From Roseibacillus sp. (GTDB taxonomy: Bacteria > Verrucomicrobiota > Verrucomicrobiia > Verrucomicrobiales > Akkermansiaceae), in contig NZAC01000002.1 of the NCBI GenBank assembly GCA_002686085.1, positions 45,920 through 109,919 on the forward strand: a stretch of 64,000 nt of DNA. The letters are read 5' to 3'. How positions within the stretch are numbered: position 1 is the first letter of the stretch; each line of letters opens with the position of its first letter. Below, one piece after another: positions 36,723 to 46,052 of the stretch. The position numbers and the translations under genes were made by a program. The notes under the pieces are model-generated. The model did not search any database. It saw nothing but the letters and a program-made list of their open reading frames with translations, and was not told where the DNA came from.

Positions 36723-39700
36723 CTACTGCCCGATCGCAATCCTTACGCGAGTGTATCGGTTCGAGTTCCCGGAAGCAGGAATCTGGTCCCGGATGGTCAC
36801 AGTTTCTGTTCCATCACCATTATCTCGAGGTTCGCCGACAGTTTCTTCTGAGGGGATCCAGCTTATCAGATCGTTTGAGAATTGAACTTCGTAGGAGAGA
36901 TCAAGAGCGCCCTTCTGTCTTCGGAAGGAGAGAGCCAGATAGTCCGCGCCATCATACTCTACCAATGAGGCGCGGTAATTATTGCCGGAATCACTGGTGG
37001 TCGGGTTGCGACCAAATCCATACTCCATCACGGTATTCAGGGTATCTGCATCAAGATCTACCGACCCTCCAGTGATCGTCGGGTCAGAAACGGACTCCTC
37101 GGAAAAATTCTGGTACTTCCACGAGGAGAAAGTGACGGCAAAAAATGAAGAGGAAATGCCGGGATCTCCTCCCTGCTGAAGGCTGACACCCCAATTGGCG
37201 GGGCGATCGAAGTCAGTGATCGGAGTGGTGGCTGGATTGCGCGCAACGAGCGAATGCCCTGCGTCGTCGGTGGCATCATACCATGCATCGTTGTAGCTAA
37301 ATTCGAGTATGTTCTCGCCCTCCGCGTCCAGAATCTGGAGCTGCTCTCCATCATTACTGAGTTTGCCTGTGTATTCCCCGGCGACATTATCTGTCCCTTG
37401 ATATCGTAAATTAAAGGCGGTCAGGTTTGCTACCACCAGAATATGCTGGCCCGCTGCGAGGATAGTTTGTGGTGGAAAGGATAGTGAGATTCCCTCCACG
37501 AAACTGGCTCCACTGATATCCAGAGGAGTGGATCCTGTATTTGTCAGCTCGACGAATTCGAAGTCCTCTGCCGTGAGGGTGGGATCGATTGCAAGTTCAC
37601 TTTCTGTTGGCGCTGCAGGAGCAAAAAGGATTTCAGTTATCCTCAGGAAGTCCTGTCCGGGTGTTGGGCTTCCTGGGTAGGAAAGAGTATCAATTACTAC
37701 TCCCATTTCGTTTTTTAACGTAAGGGTCTCTCCTCGAGCGGAGAGCTGACCGTCATAGCCGCTGATCAGATAGCGTTTCTCGCCCGCCTTGGGGCTGATG
37801 CTTCGCTCTCGAAATCCCCGGGCGTCCCGCGCTACGTTAAGGCGCCCTCGTGCGGGTATGACTGTGCCGGCAGGGAAAGAAAAAGAGATGCCTCCTGAAA
37901 TCTCCCAGTTTGAGCAGTCGATTGCGGTTCGGTTGGGATTCACGAGGAGGAAGTATTCTCCACTCTGGTCGGGTGAAGCGCCTCTTGCTGCTGGATTATA
38001 GTCGACGGTCCCGAACCTGATGACCGGAGTCTCCGGCTGTCCGGCAGGAATCTCACTCAGCCCGTAGAGCTGATTGCGCCGCCCCGGAATGTGCTCGACC
38101 TTGATTCGGTTTGCCGCTTCCCGAAGGGTATTGCGATTACCCCAAGATCCCCATTTTCTGTAATCGAGATCGGCATCATCGTTTCCTCTCTGAGCGTTGT
38201 TGTCGTTGGGGTCAATGAGAGCAGTCAGCTCATCGACTCTGTCGGGGAGGTAACTGACGGGAGAGGAAGCAGGCCCAATGAGCTGATCCATCAGGGTTCG
38301 GACTCGACGCAAGTACATCTGGTTCAGGGTCGTATCGTTGAAGATAAAGGTCTTAAGACGGTTTGAGGCTCCGGCCCGTAGATTATTATTTGTAAAGGTG
38401 TCATCAAAATACGCTGGTCCACTGACCCAGTTGCGCCCCAAGCAAAGGTCAATATCCCAAACCAGTGGCCGCCACTCCCCAGTCCCTAGAGTATCCCGGT
38501 AGAGGTAGTAATTCTTGTGGCCATGATCTCTGTTGTTCGTGAGATCGAGCGCTGCAAGGTAGTTGATAGTTCCGGGGATATCAATATTGTCATAGCCATA
38601 CCGAAGTTTGGCTTCTCCCGACAGGCCAAGCCCGTTTATGAGGTCCTGAAGATCACGATTATTTTCATTTTTCCTGGTTTTCTTGTTAATACCACTGCTC
38701 GAGGAATCGAGCCGGTTGTACATCTTGTAGAGGGCACCTTCAGGGTCTAGTCCTACTCGGTCCAGATACCGGTCATCGCCATCTTCCACCATGTCCGCGA
38801 CACTGAAGAAGGATCCGTTTTGCTGGATCCGAACCGGAAAAGCAAAGTGTGCGGGCTCTCCCGAGCGGCGGACCATCTCGTAGCCGAGAGTATTCCGTGT
38901 TTTTGACTTATCCGCCCAGTTCGTGAGCATGTTGATGTCTTTCACCCGCCCTTCGCCTTCCTGAAAGAGAAAGCGGTTGCTCTTATTGAAATCGAAATCG
39001 TAGCTCTTCTTCGGGAATCCTCCCGTCGACTGGCCATGCCGATCTGCTTGGATGTTATCGTAGAATTCCCCCAGGTAGTAGACCGATCCCCGGGAGCCGC
39101 TGGTTGTGTTGGCCCCTCCGGGATTGGAGGTAAACCAGTGGAAGATGGGAAGGTTGGAATTTGTCACGGAGGCATCCGCAGCAATCGTTCCGAAGTATTC
39201 CGGCGAGTCTCTTGGGTCAGGGAACTGGGGTTGCCTGGCAGTAACGCCCGCTGTGTCCGTGGCCAGCACTTTCCAGCGCAGCATTTCGCCCCGGCTGAGA
39301 TCGGTAGTTGAAATCGTGGCGGTGAAGATTCCATCACCAGCGAAGGCGTCACCCCCTCGTCCGTCATCCAGCATGGGAGAAGTAGTTTCCTGATCATACA
39401 TGACCCGCCAGATCAGGCTCACGGTGTCGACCGGGTGCATGGTCGGAAGGACCTCTGCCTCGATGACCACACTTGTCGTGCCGAAAGATCCTTCGTAGAT
39501 GGTGACAGTCTGGTCGGTGCCGTCTGATCCATCCTGATCAAAGGGGCCACTGTCGACGAGGAAATCCAGACGGTCTCCCTCATTCAGATTTCTTATGATT
39601 GAGAAATCGACCGGCCCCCCATCTGTGAGCTGGGAGAAGATTTCATTCCCCTCATGGAAAACTCGTCCAGTTGTGCCATCCCCAGAGGCACTGAGGTTAT

Positions 39701-41195
39701 GAAAGGTTCCCGCGATGGTGTGCAGACCGGAGGTGTCAGAGACCCACCTTCGAATCGGATACTGCTCGGGACCTGGATTAGAGTCATTAGGGTGCATACT
39801 GGTGGCTTCCAGAGAAGTCCATGGTGAGGAAGCCGAGGTGTTGGCATCCCAGGCACTTCCGGACCACTCCTGCGTTGTACCGTTCCAAGGCCCTCCTTGT
39901 TCGCCACCTGCGAAGGGAATGAAGCTCGTATCAGGGTCATAAGGCCCTGCGCCCTCCTGATAGCCGTAAAACCAGCCCAGCGCGCCCTGGTTGCCCGAGA
40001 ATTCTTCAGCTGAGTCAGCCACAACCGGGGGTGTGGCCGTAGCGAGGGTAATCGGAGGAATATTTCTGGTGACATTCCGGATTAGCGGGCCCACTGAGGA
40101 ATTTCCAGTGTTGTTTGGCGCGTTGGGGGTTGGGACAGCGAAGTAGGCAGGGGTGCTTGTTCCGCTTGAGCTAAGGGCCTCGAGCTCTGGAACGATCAGG
40201 AAGTCCGAGCTTCCCGGGGAAACATTGAGCCCGTGTATACAGAGAACATTTTCCCCCAACGACAGGAGAGAGGGAGAAATATCATAATTATCATACACCA
40301 CGGCCTGACTATCACTATGGCTGGCCGTCGCTCTCGATTGGTAGTTCAGTTCGTCGGTTGACGGTGCGTTTTCCTCTGCAACCGGAAGGGGGTTTCCGTT
40401 GAGGTAGGCAACGAATCCATCATCCCACTTCATTTTCAGATTCAGGGCGGACAGAGAAGATGGATCTGGAGCAGTGAAGGGGATCCGAATGTAAACGGAG
40501 GTTGCTTCGCTGAACATCTGCTCCTCGACGTCAGTTTCAATCAGGAGATCGTAGGCATCGGGGCTGCCCGTGGCATATCCGATTCCCGCACTACCGGCAC
40601 TCCATTGGCTATCCGGAAACTCGGTTGCGATCCACGAGTCCGCATTGGTTCCCTCGAGAACATCACTTTCGCCGTTGGAGGGGATTTGGTATCTGATCGC
40701 TGTGCCAGGGCCGATGAGGGCAGTCGCCGAGGTTATCTGCTGAAGACCATAGGAGATATCCTGAGCCTGCAGAGGGAAGGATGGGGAGAAGTGCTGTTCC
40801 ACAGTCAGCCCATCTGGGCGGACAATCGCGAGATACTCTCCTTCGCTGGCGAGCTTGAAGTTTGTGTGCAGGGTGCGATCCGGATCTTGACGATCCTTTG
40901 CCGAGGCAAAGACGAGGAGGCGCTCATTTGGATTCAGGGTGAGATCAGGAAAGGCCCACTTATTCAGGTTTGTTGCGTTGTCGGTGAGGAACCAGCCCTC
41001 CAGATTAATCGCGACAGTGCCCTGATTGAGAAGCTCGATCCAGTCTTCATAGTCGCCATCCTCATCACGGATACTGCTCTGGTTAGATGCCATGAATTCG
41101 GCAATAACGAGAGACTGGGAGAAGGAGGGAAGCGCGGTAGTGGCGATGATGGCTACGGCAACCGCGGGTGCCACGAAGCGGTTAAGGGGTGTCAT
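36723..41195 (-). CDS. giant exported lamin-tail-domain (LTD) / CotH kinase-family protein
   Basis: The ATG at 41195 gives the signal peptide MTPLNRFVAPAVAVAIIATTALPSFSQ. LTD motifs VIAEFMASN...WIELLNQGTVAINLEGWFLTD, EYFLLVNPNRTAIDCSNWEISG and ITEILFAP...FEFVELTNTGSTPLDISG. CotH-like motif KNYYLYRDTLGTGEWRPLVWDIDLCLG. Confidence 0.8.
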   Translation of the reverse strand: MTPLNRFVAPAVAVAIIATTALPSFSQSLVIAEFMASNQSSIRDEDGDYEDWIELLNQGTVAINLEGWFLTDNATNLNKWAFPDLTLNPNERLLVFASAKDRQDPDRTLHTNFKLASEGEYLAIVRPDGLTVEQHFSPSFPLQAQDISYGLQQITSATALIGPGTAIRYQIPSNGESDVLEGTNADSWIATEFPDSQWSAGSAGIGYATGSPDAYDLLIETDVEEQMFSEATSVYIRIPFTAPDPSSLSALNLKMKWDDGFVAYLNGNPLPVAEENAPSTDELNYQSRATASHSDSQAVVYDNYDISPSLLSLGENVLCIHGLNVSPGSSDFLIVPELEALSSSGTSTPAYFAVPTPNAPNNTGNSSVGPLIRNVTRNIPPITLATATPPVVADSAEEFSGNQGALGWFYGYQEGAGPYDPDTSFIPFAGGEQGGPWNGTTQEWSGSAWDANTSASSPWTSLEATSMHPNDSNPGPEQYPIRRWVSDTSGLHTIAGTFHNLSASGDGTTGRVFHEGNEIFSQLTDGGPVDFSIIRNLNEGDRLDFLVDSGPFDQDGSDGTDQTVTIYEGSFGTTSVVIEAEVLPTMHPVDTVSLIWRVMYDQETTSPMLDDGRGGDAFAGDGIFTATISTTDLSRGEMLRWKVLATDTAGVTARQPQFPDPRDSPEYFGTIAADASVTNSNLPIFHWFTSNPGGANTTSGSRGSVYYLGEFYDNIQADRHGQSTGGFPKKSYDFDFNKSNRFLFQEGEGRVKDINMLTNWADKSKTRNTLGYEMVRRSGEPAHFAFPVRIQQNGSFFSVADMVEDGDDRYLDRVGLDPEGALYKMYNRLDSSSSGINKKTRKNENNRDLQDLINGLGLSGEAKLRYGYDNIDIPGTINYLAALDLTNNRDHGHKNYYLYRDTLGTGEWRPLVWDIDLCLGRNWVSGPAYFDDTFTNNNLRAGASNRLKTFIFNDTTLNQMYLRRVRTLMDQLIGPASSPVSYLPDRVDELTALIDPNDNNAQRGNDDADLDYRKWGSWGNRNTLREAANRIKVEHIPGRRNQLYGLSEIPAGQPETPVIRFGTVDYNPAARGASPDQSGEYFLLVNPNRTAIDCSNWEISGGISFSFPAGTVIPARGRLNVARDARGFRERSISPKAGEKRYLISGYDGQLSARGETLTLKNEMGVVIDTLSYPGSPTPGQDFLRITEILFAPAAPTESELAIDPTLTAEDFEFVELTNTGSTPLDISGASFVEGISLSFPPQTILAAGQHILVVANLTAFNLRYQGTDNVAGEYTGKLSNDGEQLQILDAEGENILEFSYNDAWYDATDDAGHSLVARNPATTPITDFDRPANWGVSLQQGGDPGISSSFFAVTFSSWKYQNFSEESVSDPTITGGSVDLDADTLNTVMEYGFGRNPTTSDSGNNYRASLVEYDGADYLALSFRRQKGALDLSYEVQFSNDLISWIPSEETVGEPRDNGDGTETVTIRDQIPASGNSNRYTRVRIAIGQ
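39495..40025 (-). repeat. fifth copy (in the CotH protein) of the unnamed ~180-aa module shared with the neighbouring gene
   Basis: ADSAEEFSGNQGALGWFYGYQEG...PWTSLEATSMHPN...PIRRWVSD...GDGTTGRVFHEGNEI...DQDGSDGTD matches the consensus of the four copies in 41357..45043. Confidence 0.6.
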
Positions 41196-41251
41196 AAATG
41201 GGGAGGGGTTACCCTGTTCGATCGTCACTCAGGGCTGAGATAAAGGCAATG

Positions 41252-41281
41252 ACAGAAAGAGGCCGGCTTGACGCCGACCTC
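41252..41281 (-). terminator. rho-independent terminator between the two giant exoprotein genes
   Basis: On the minus strand GAGGUCGGC-GUCAA-GCCGGCCUC forms a 9-bp stem (one G.U pair) with a 5-nt loop, followed by UUUCUGU. Confidence 0.55.
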
Positions 41282-41356
41282 CCTCACATTAGGTAGAATC
41301 AGTCCCTCCAGCCCTTGAATTCTGGAAATCGATTTCCGTTCCGGCCGGCGGGCATA

Positions 41357-44300
41357 TCAGGGTTCAAGCTGCAAGAGGCGGTAATAGCGTGCGGATGCCG
41401 GGGCATCAGGAATAATGATCTCCGTTTCTCCTCCGGCGGCTCCGGTGGCGGTCGCTCCAATGTTAGTCCAGTTCTGGAGGTCGCTTGACTGCTGGGCCTG
41501 GTACTCCTGTCCCTGATTGGATGTCCAACGCAGGATCACATTGCCCTCCTCGTAAGAAAAATCGATCAGGCGCAAATCCGACACCTCACCCGGAGAGAAA
41601 GGTCGTCCATCGGGTTGCAGCGGGTTTTCTGGAATGGTCGGATCGATAATCAGGTAGAAGTTGGAACCGTCGGATCCGTCGTTGTCGCTTCCGTCAACAC
41701 CGCGCGGGCTCAAGGCTAGTTCAATGTAGTCTCCGGCTCTCGCATCGACAAATGACCATGCCGTCTGCCCCAAGATATCGTCTCCCGCAATCGTTGTGCT
41801 GTGCAGCTGTTGCCCATTGTGTAGAAGAACAGCTGTCACCCCATTGCCTCCGGCACTCACTTTCTGGACCGAGTAATGAAGAGCAAGCTCGGCATCCTGA
41901 TCCACTTCCCACCGACGTGTAGCCCAATGAACCACGCCATTGTTGTCACCACTTGGGTGTCCGTCGAGGGCCCCTAACGCGGTCCAGGGAGGATTAACGG
42001 GAGTCCCGGACGCGTCACTCCAATCAAAAGCGAATCCATCCCAGAAGTTTTGCTCACTTAAGAAGGGCGTCCCGTCGGAGGGGAAGGGGATGAAGTTTGA
42101 GTTGGCGGGAGGCTCCCCGTCCGCGCTGATATCATAGTAACCATGGGTCCACCCATATTCTCCCTGGGGGTCGTCGCTAAAGGGGAAGTCGAATTGCGAA
42201 TCTGCGATGGCGGTGAAGTTTTCAGCAACATTCGAAAACCCATCCAGGGGATCAAATCCGGTGGCGACCTCATGAAAATCGCCAAAGGAATCATTATCGG
42301 TATCAGAATTGCGAGGGTCAGTCCCAGCGACTGCCTCCGCTCCATCTGCTAGACCATCGGCATCCGTATCGGCAAGGGTGGGATTTGTCCCTGCGAGAAA
42401 CTCCTCCTCGTCAGGAAGTCCATCGGAGTCGTAGTCGCTTCCTGCAGAAAGCTGATCGAGATCACCGGGAAAGTAGACCTCTTCCCACAGGTCAAAAATT
42501 CCATCCTCATCCGTATCGGGAGCGTTGGCAGGAATAAAAAGGCTGCCATCGGGCTGTATGGCAACAGCGGGAATCCGGTTATCGATTCTCATCGAATTGG
42601 CTGAGCCATCGCTTCCATCAATGGCGCTGGTCCGACCCTGAGGGCTGAGAATGAGATCGAGTACGTCACCATTAGAAATATTGGCGTAGTAAATTCGGTT
42701 GACGCCCGCGGTGTCGCTGACAACAGCACTATCGAGCCGCTCTCCGTTCAGGTGCACCGCCCCGGTGACTCCGTCGCCGTTGGGGTTCACTTTACGGGTT
42801 GACCAACTGATCCTTACGGCAGACTCACCGTCCAAGCCCTCTGCCGTCCATCTCCGAACGGTCCAATGTTCCTCGTTCGGTGCGCTATTGGTGCCATTTG
42901 GATGGCTATTTTCGGCTTCCAAAAGGGTCCAAGGGGCTCCGCCGGGAGCCAGACGCCATCCCGTGCCTCTCCAGCTTTCGGCAGGGAAGGGGACAAAATC
43001 TGCGACGTGGTCATAATCGATTCCGCCACCATCGAGGGTAACGTTCCGGTAGCCGGATTCCCATCCACTCTCTCCTTGGATTTCAGAAAAGCTCAAAACG
43101 GAGTCTGCGAGAGTTCCGGAAAGTGGGGTGTCTCCCTGACTATTGGGATCACTACCTGCTTGCAGCTCTTCGCTGTCACTAAAGCCATCCCCGTCGGAGT
43201 CCGCGTTGTTGGGATCTGTCGCAGGCACTCCAAATACCTCGTCACCATCATTAAGGCCATCTCCGTCACTGTCAGGGTTGCAGGGGTCAGTTTCAAAGGT
43301 CTCAATTTCCGCTCCATCGTCGACTCCATCTTCGTCGGTGTCGCCGATCGTTGGATTCGATCCGCTGGCGACCTCGATCTCATCCGCCGCCCCATCGGCA
43401 TCCCAGTCTGATCCTGCGGCTAACTGAGTCAGGTCTTCGCCGAGAAGATCTGTTTCAATGAAATCAGGGATCGAGTCACCATCTGAGTCCACGGCATCCA
43501 TGGGGATGAAATATTTGCCATTGGGCTGAACTGGAGCAGCCGGGATCTTCGTGTCGATGCGCATCCAGTTGGCGGAACCATCGCTCCCATCAATTCGGTT
43601 GCCACTGACTCCCACCGGTGTCACTACCTGGTCGATGATATCTCCATTGTTGATCGTAAGGTAATAGGATCGGGTATCGCCCACGCCATCAGAAACAGCA
43701 ATGGAGTCAACGCGCTCCCCGTTAAGATGGATCGCTCCTGTGGTGCCGTCTCCCGCAGTGTTCGCGGCCCTGTGTGTCCAATAGACTCTCACATCAGTCG
43801 GGCTATCTACCGAGGCGACCCAGCGCCTGATCGTCCAGTGCTCCTCATTGGGAGCACTGTTTGTGCCATTGGGATGGGTGTTTTCTGCTCCAAGAGTGGT
43901 CCAAGGAGCTCCTCCCGGGGCAAGGCGCCACTGGCTCTGAGCTTCCCTCCATGCCTCGGCAGGAAACTGAATGAACCCACTATTGGGATCATAATTGTCG
44001 CCACCTCCGTCGATAGAATAGTTACGATATCCAGAAATCCATCCTTCTGCTCCTTGGACGTTGCTGAATTGCTCGCGGGAATCAGCAAGCCCGGCTCCCT
44101 GCGGCAGGGACAAGGCGTTACTGGGGCTACTACCGCCATCGATCTCCTCGGCGTCCGGGTAGCCGTCGCCGTCAGTATCTGCATTCCCAGGATCGGTTCC
44201 ATTAGCAAATTCTTCCTCGTCGGAGAGGCCGTCCGAATCGAAATCTGCCCCACCCGACAGTACGGTCAGGTCCCCGGGAGCCCACGTTTCTTCCCAGGCG

Positions 44301-45043
44301 TCGGGTAACTGGTCGCCGTCACTATCAACAATAGTGGAGATAATCATCGAGAGAAGGGAGCTGTCACTTCCGTCCGCGGTGTTCCCTCCTGGACCTTCAG
44401 ACGTGTGGACCAAGTCAATGTGGTCACCTACATCGGCTGTTACAAATACGGTCTTTGTGATGCCCGTGGTATCATCTCCGGCAATAGTGGTTTTGCCGAC
44501 CATGGTTCCGTTAAGATGGATCTGGGCGGTGACTCCTTGTCCGTTGGTGTTACCTGCAGTCTTGGAAATGAACCATTCGACTTGCAGGAGAGTTGGATCG
44601 GTCAGATCGTCCTCTGTGGCCGTCCATCGGCGCACCGTCCAGTGGATTTCGTCCTGATTGGTGCCGTTTGGATGGGAGCTTTCGACGCCAAGAGTCGTCC
44701 AAGGGGGATTGGTGGTATTTCCACCAGCGTCAAAAAAGTCGAAGATCGTACCATTCCAAGCATTCGTGTCAGAACCGAAGTTTGTGCCATCAACCGGGAA
44801 GGCAATGAAGTCGTTTTCCGGGTCGTAATCATTACCGCCGCCGTCGAGGGTAAGATTGCGGTAACCGTAATACCAATCTTCCTGACCTTGGATTCCTGAG
44901 AACTCTGCGGCTGAGTCGGCTAGTGTGCGTTGGGCAGAAGCCTGACCGCAGATGAGGAGGAGGGGGCAGACACAAGCAGAGAGAAGAGCTCTGCTTTTCA
45001 GGGACAGGGAGGGAACGCGAGGAGTTGGAGGATGGATCTTCAT
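41357..45043 (-). CDS. giant exported protein: four unnamed ~180-200-aa modules separated by thrombospondin-type-3-like Ca-binding repeats
   Basis: The ATG at 45043 gives the signal peptide MKIHPPTPRVPSLSLKSRALLSACVCPLLLICGQASAQ. D-x-D-x-D-G repeats include DSDGDQLPD, DTDGDGYPD, DSDGDGLND, DSDGDGFSD, DTDEDGIFD and DTDADGLAD. A C-terminal beta-rich domain ends RYYRLLQLEP. Confidence 0.75.
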   Translation of the reverse strand: MKIHPPTPRVPSLSLKSRALLSACVCPLLLICGQASAQRTLADSAAEFSGIQGQEDWYYGYRNLTLDGGGNDYDPENDFIAFPVDGTNFGSDTNAWNGTIFDFFDAGGNTTNPPWTTLGVESSHPNGTNQDEIHWTVRRWTATEDDLTDPTLLQVEWFISKTAGNTNGQGVTAQIHLNGTMVGKTTIAGDDTTGITKTVFVTADVGDHIDLVHTSEGPGGNTADGSDSSLLSMIISTIVDSDGDQLPDAWEETWAPGDLTVLSGGADFDSDGLSDEEEFANGTDPGNADTDGDGYPDAEEIDGGSSPSNALSLPQGAGLADSREQFSNVQGAEGWISGYRNYSIDGGGDNYDPNSGFIQFPAEAWREAQSQWRLAPGGAPWTTLGAENTHPNGTNSAPNEEHWTIRRWVASVDSPTDVRVYWTHRAANTAGDGTTGAIHLNGERVDSIAVSDGVGDTRSYYLTINNGDIIDQVVTPVGVSGNRIDGSDGSANWMRIDTKIPAAPVQPNGKYFIPMDAVDSDGDSIPDFIETDLLGEDLTQLAAGSDWDADGAADEIEVASGSNPTIGDTDEDGVDDGAEIETFETDPCNPDSDGDGLNDGDEVFGVPATDPNNADSDGDGFSDSEELQAGSDPNSQGDTPLSGTLADSVLSFSEIQGESGWESGYRNVTLDGGGIDYDHVADFVPFPAESWRGTGWRLAPGGAPWTLLEAENSHPNGTNSAPNEEHWTVRRWTAEGLDGESAVRISWSTRKVNPNGDGVTGAVHLNGERLDSAVVSDTAGVNRIYYANISNGDVLDLILSPQGRTSAIDGSDGSANSMRIDNRIPAVAIQPDGSLFIPANAPDTDEDGIFDLWEEVYFPGDLDQLSAGSDYDSDGLPDEEEFLAGTNPTLADTDADGLADGAEAVAGTDPRNSDTDNDSFGDFHEVATGFDPLDGFSNVAENFTAIADSQFDFPFSDDPQGEYGWTHGYYDISADGEPPANSNFIPFPSDGTPFLSEQNFWDGFAFDWSDASGTPVNPPWTALGALDGHPSGDNNGVVHWATRRWEVDQDAELALHYSVQKVSAGGNGVTAVLLHNGQQLHSTTIAGDDILGQTAWSFVDARAGDYIELALSPRGVDGSDNDGSDGSNFYLIIDPTIPENPLQPDGRPFSPGEVSDLRLIDFSYEEGNVILRWTSNQGQEYQAQQSSDLQNWTNIGATATGAAGGETEIIIPDAPASARYYRLLQLEP
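41642..44923 (-). repeat. four intragenic copies of the module (about 44333-44923, 43547-44089, 42581-43111, 41642-42208)
   Basis: Each copy starts (L/I)ADS..(F)S..QG..GW..GY and contains PWT.LG/E...HP.G, HW..RRW, G.G(V/T)T(A/G)..H.NG and DGSD(G/S). The two central copies share the identical runs WRLAPGGAPWT and HPNGTNSAPNEEHWT. Confidence 0.8.
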
Positions 45044-45187
45044 CGTGGGAGGCGTCGGGGTTCCCGGTATTCTTACCTCACCATGGGGCTCATAAGCAAG
45101 GAGGCAAATGCGCACGCTATTGGGGTGTAGGCCAGGAGGGGGTGAACCAGAGCCTCCTGGTGACATCATTCACCCCGACCACTGGGT

Positions 45188-45901
45188 TTAATGCCACTCG
45201 TTGCTGGGAAAGACAACGATTCGCTTGAAGATACTGTGATCTGGTTGGGCAAGAATGTATGAGATGAGGTCAACAATCTCGCTTGGCTGAATTGTCTTCT
45301 TTATGTCGCCGGGATAGGGGTTTTTCTCGGGATCCCAGAGTGGGGTGTCGATGGCCCCTGGGCAGATGGTAGCGACTTGGATATTGTGGGGAATGAGTTC
45401 CTGAGTAAGGGCATCTGCAAAGCCCACCATTCCGTGCTTTGAGGCACAGTAGCTGACTTGTCCGGAAATTCCGCGAATCCCTGCCACTGACGAAACGTTG
45501 ATTATTTTACCGGCCCTGCGGGGAATCATCTGCTGGATGACGGCATGCGTGCAGTAGAGCGTGCCCTTGAGGTTGCTGTCGACGATGGCGTCAATTTGGG
45601 CGACCGATTGCTCTGCGAAGGGAATGTTCTCAACCACGGCGGCGTTGTTGACGAGCGTCTCGATCGGGCCTTGGTTCTCTAGGGCGCTCACGCACTGATA
45701 GATTGCATCTGGATCACGGAGGTCGACAGCACAGGGGATGATTGCCCCCGAGAGACGCTCAGCTTCAGCTTTTTCTGCGAGGGCTTGAAGGGGCTTTTCG
45801 GTTCGCGCCAGAGCTGCCACGGTGTGGCCTTCTCCAGCTAATTTCCAAGCGAGGGCCTCGCCAACCCCACGACTGGCTCCGGTAATAAGGGTAATCGACA
45901 T
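45188..45901 (-). CDS. SDR-family oxidoreductase
   Basis: TGASRGVGEA cofactor motif, NNAAV, and the catalytic YCASK. Confidence 0.85.
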   Translation of the reverse strand: MSITLITGASRGVGEALAWKLAGEGHTVAALARTEKPLQALAEKAEAERLSGAIIPCAVDLRDPDAIYQCVSALENQGPIETLVNNAAVVENIPFAEQSVAQIDAIVDSNLKGTLYCTHAVIQQMIPRRAGKIINVSSVAGIRGISGQVSYCASKHGMVGFADALTQELIPHNIQVATICPGAIDTPLWDPEKNPYPGDIKKTIQPSEIVDLISYILAQPDHSIFKRIVVFPSNEWH

Positions 45902-46052
45902 AGGTTAAAGATTTGGATGAGTGAATTGGGACCTCCCGGAGTTGTTTGCGCGGGGGCAGGGTTTCGATCTTTCGGTCTCGTCTTCAGAGCTGTCCAGAAT
46001 ATTGTGTCCGGTGAGCGGGGATTACAATTTGGGATGCGGGGGCGGAGCTGAG

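Noticed and set aside
45132-45160. 8-bp stem CCAGGAGG/CCTCCTGG between the SDR gene and the TSP3-repeat gene, considered as a terminator.
   Set aside because: The loop is 13 nt and no U-tract follows on the minus strand. The evidence is insufficient.
45044-45187. The ORF of the TSP3-repeat giant extends 42 codons upstream to 45169 and is in frame with the SDR gene's stop.
   Set aside because: The extension (MMSPGGSGSPPPGLHPNS...) looks non-coding. The ATG at 45043 gives a proper signal peptide. The SDR is an unrelated cytoplasmic enzyme.
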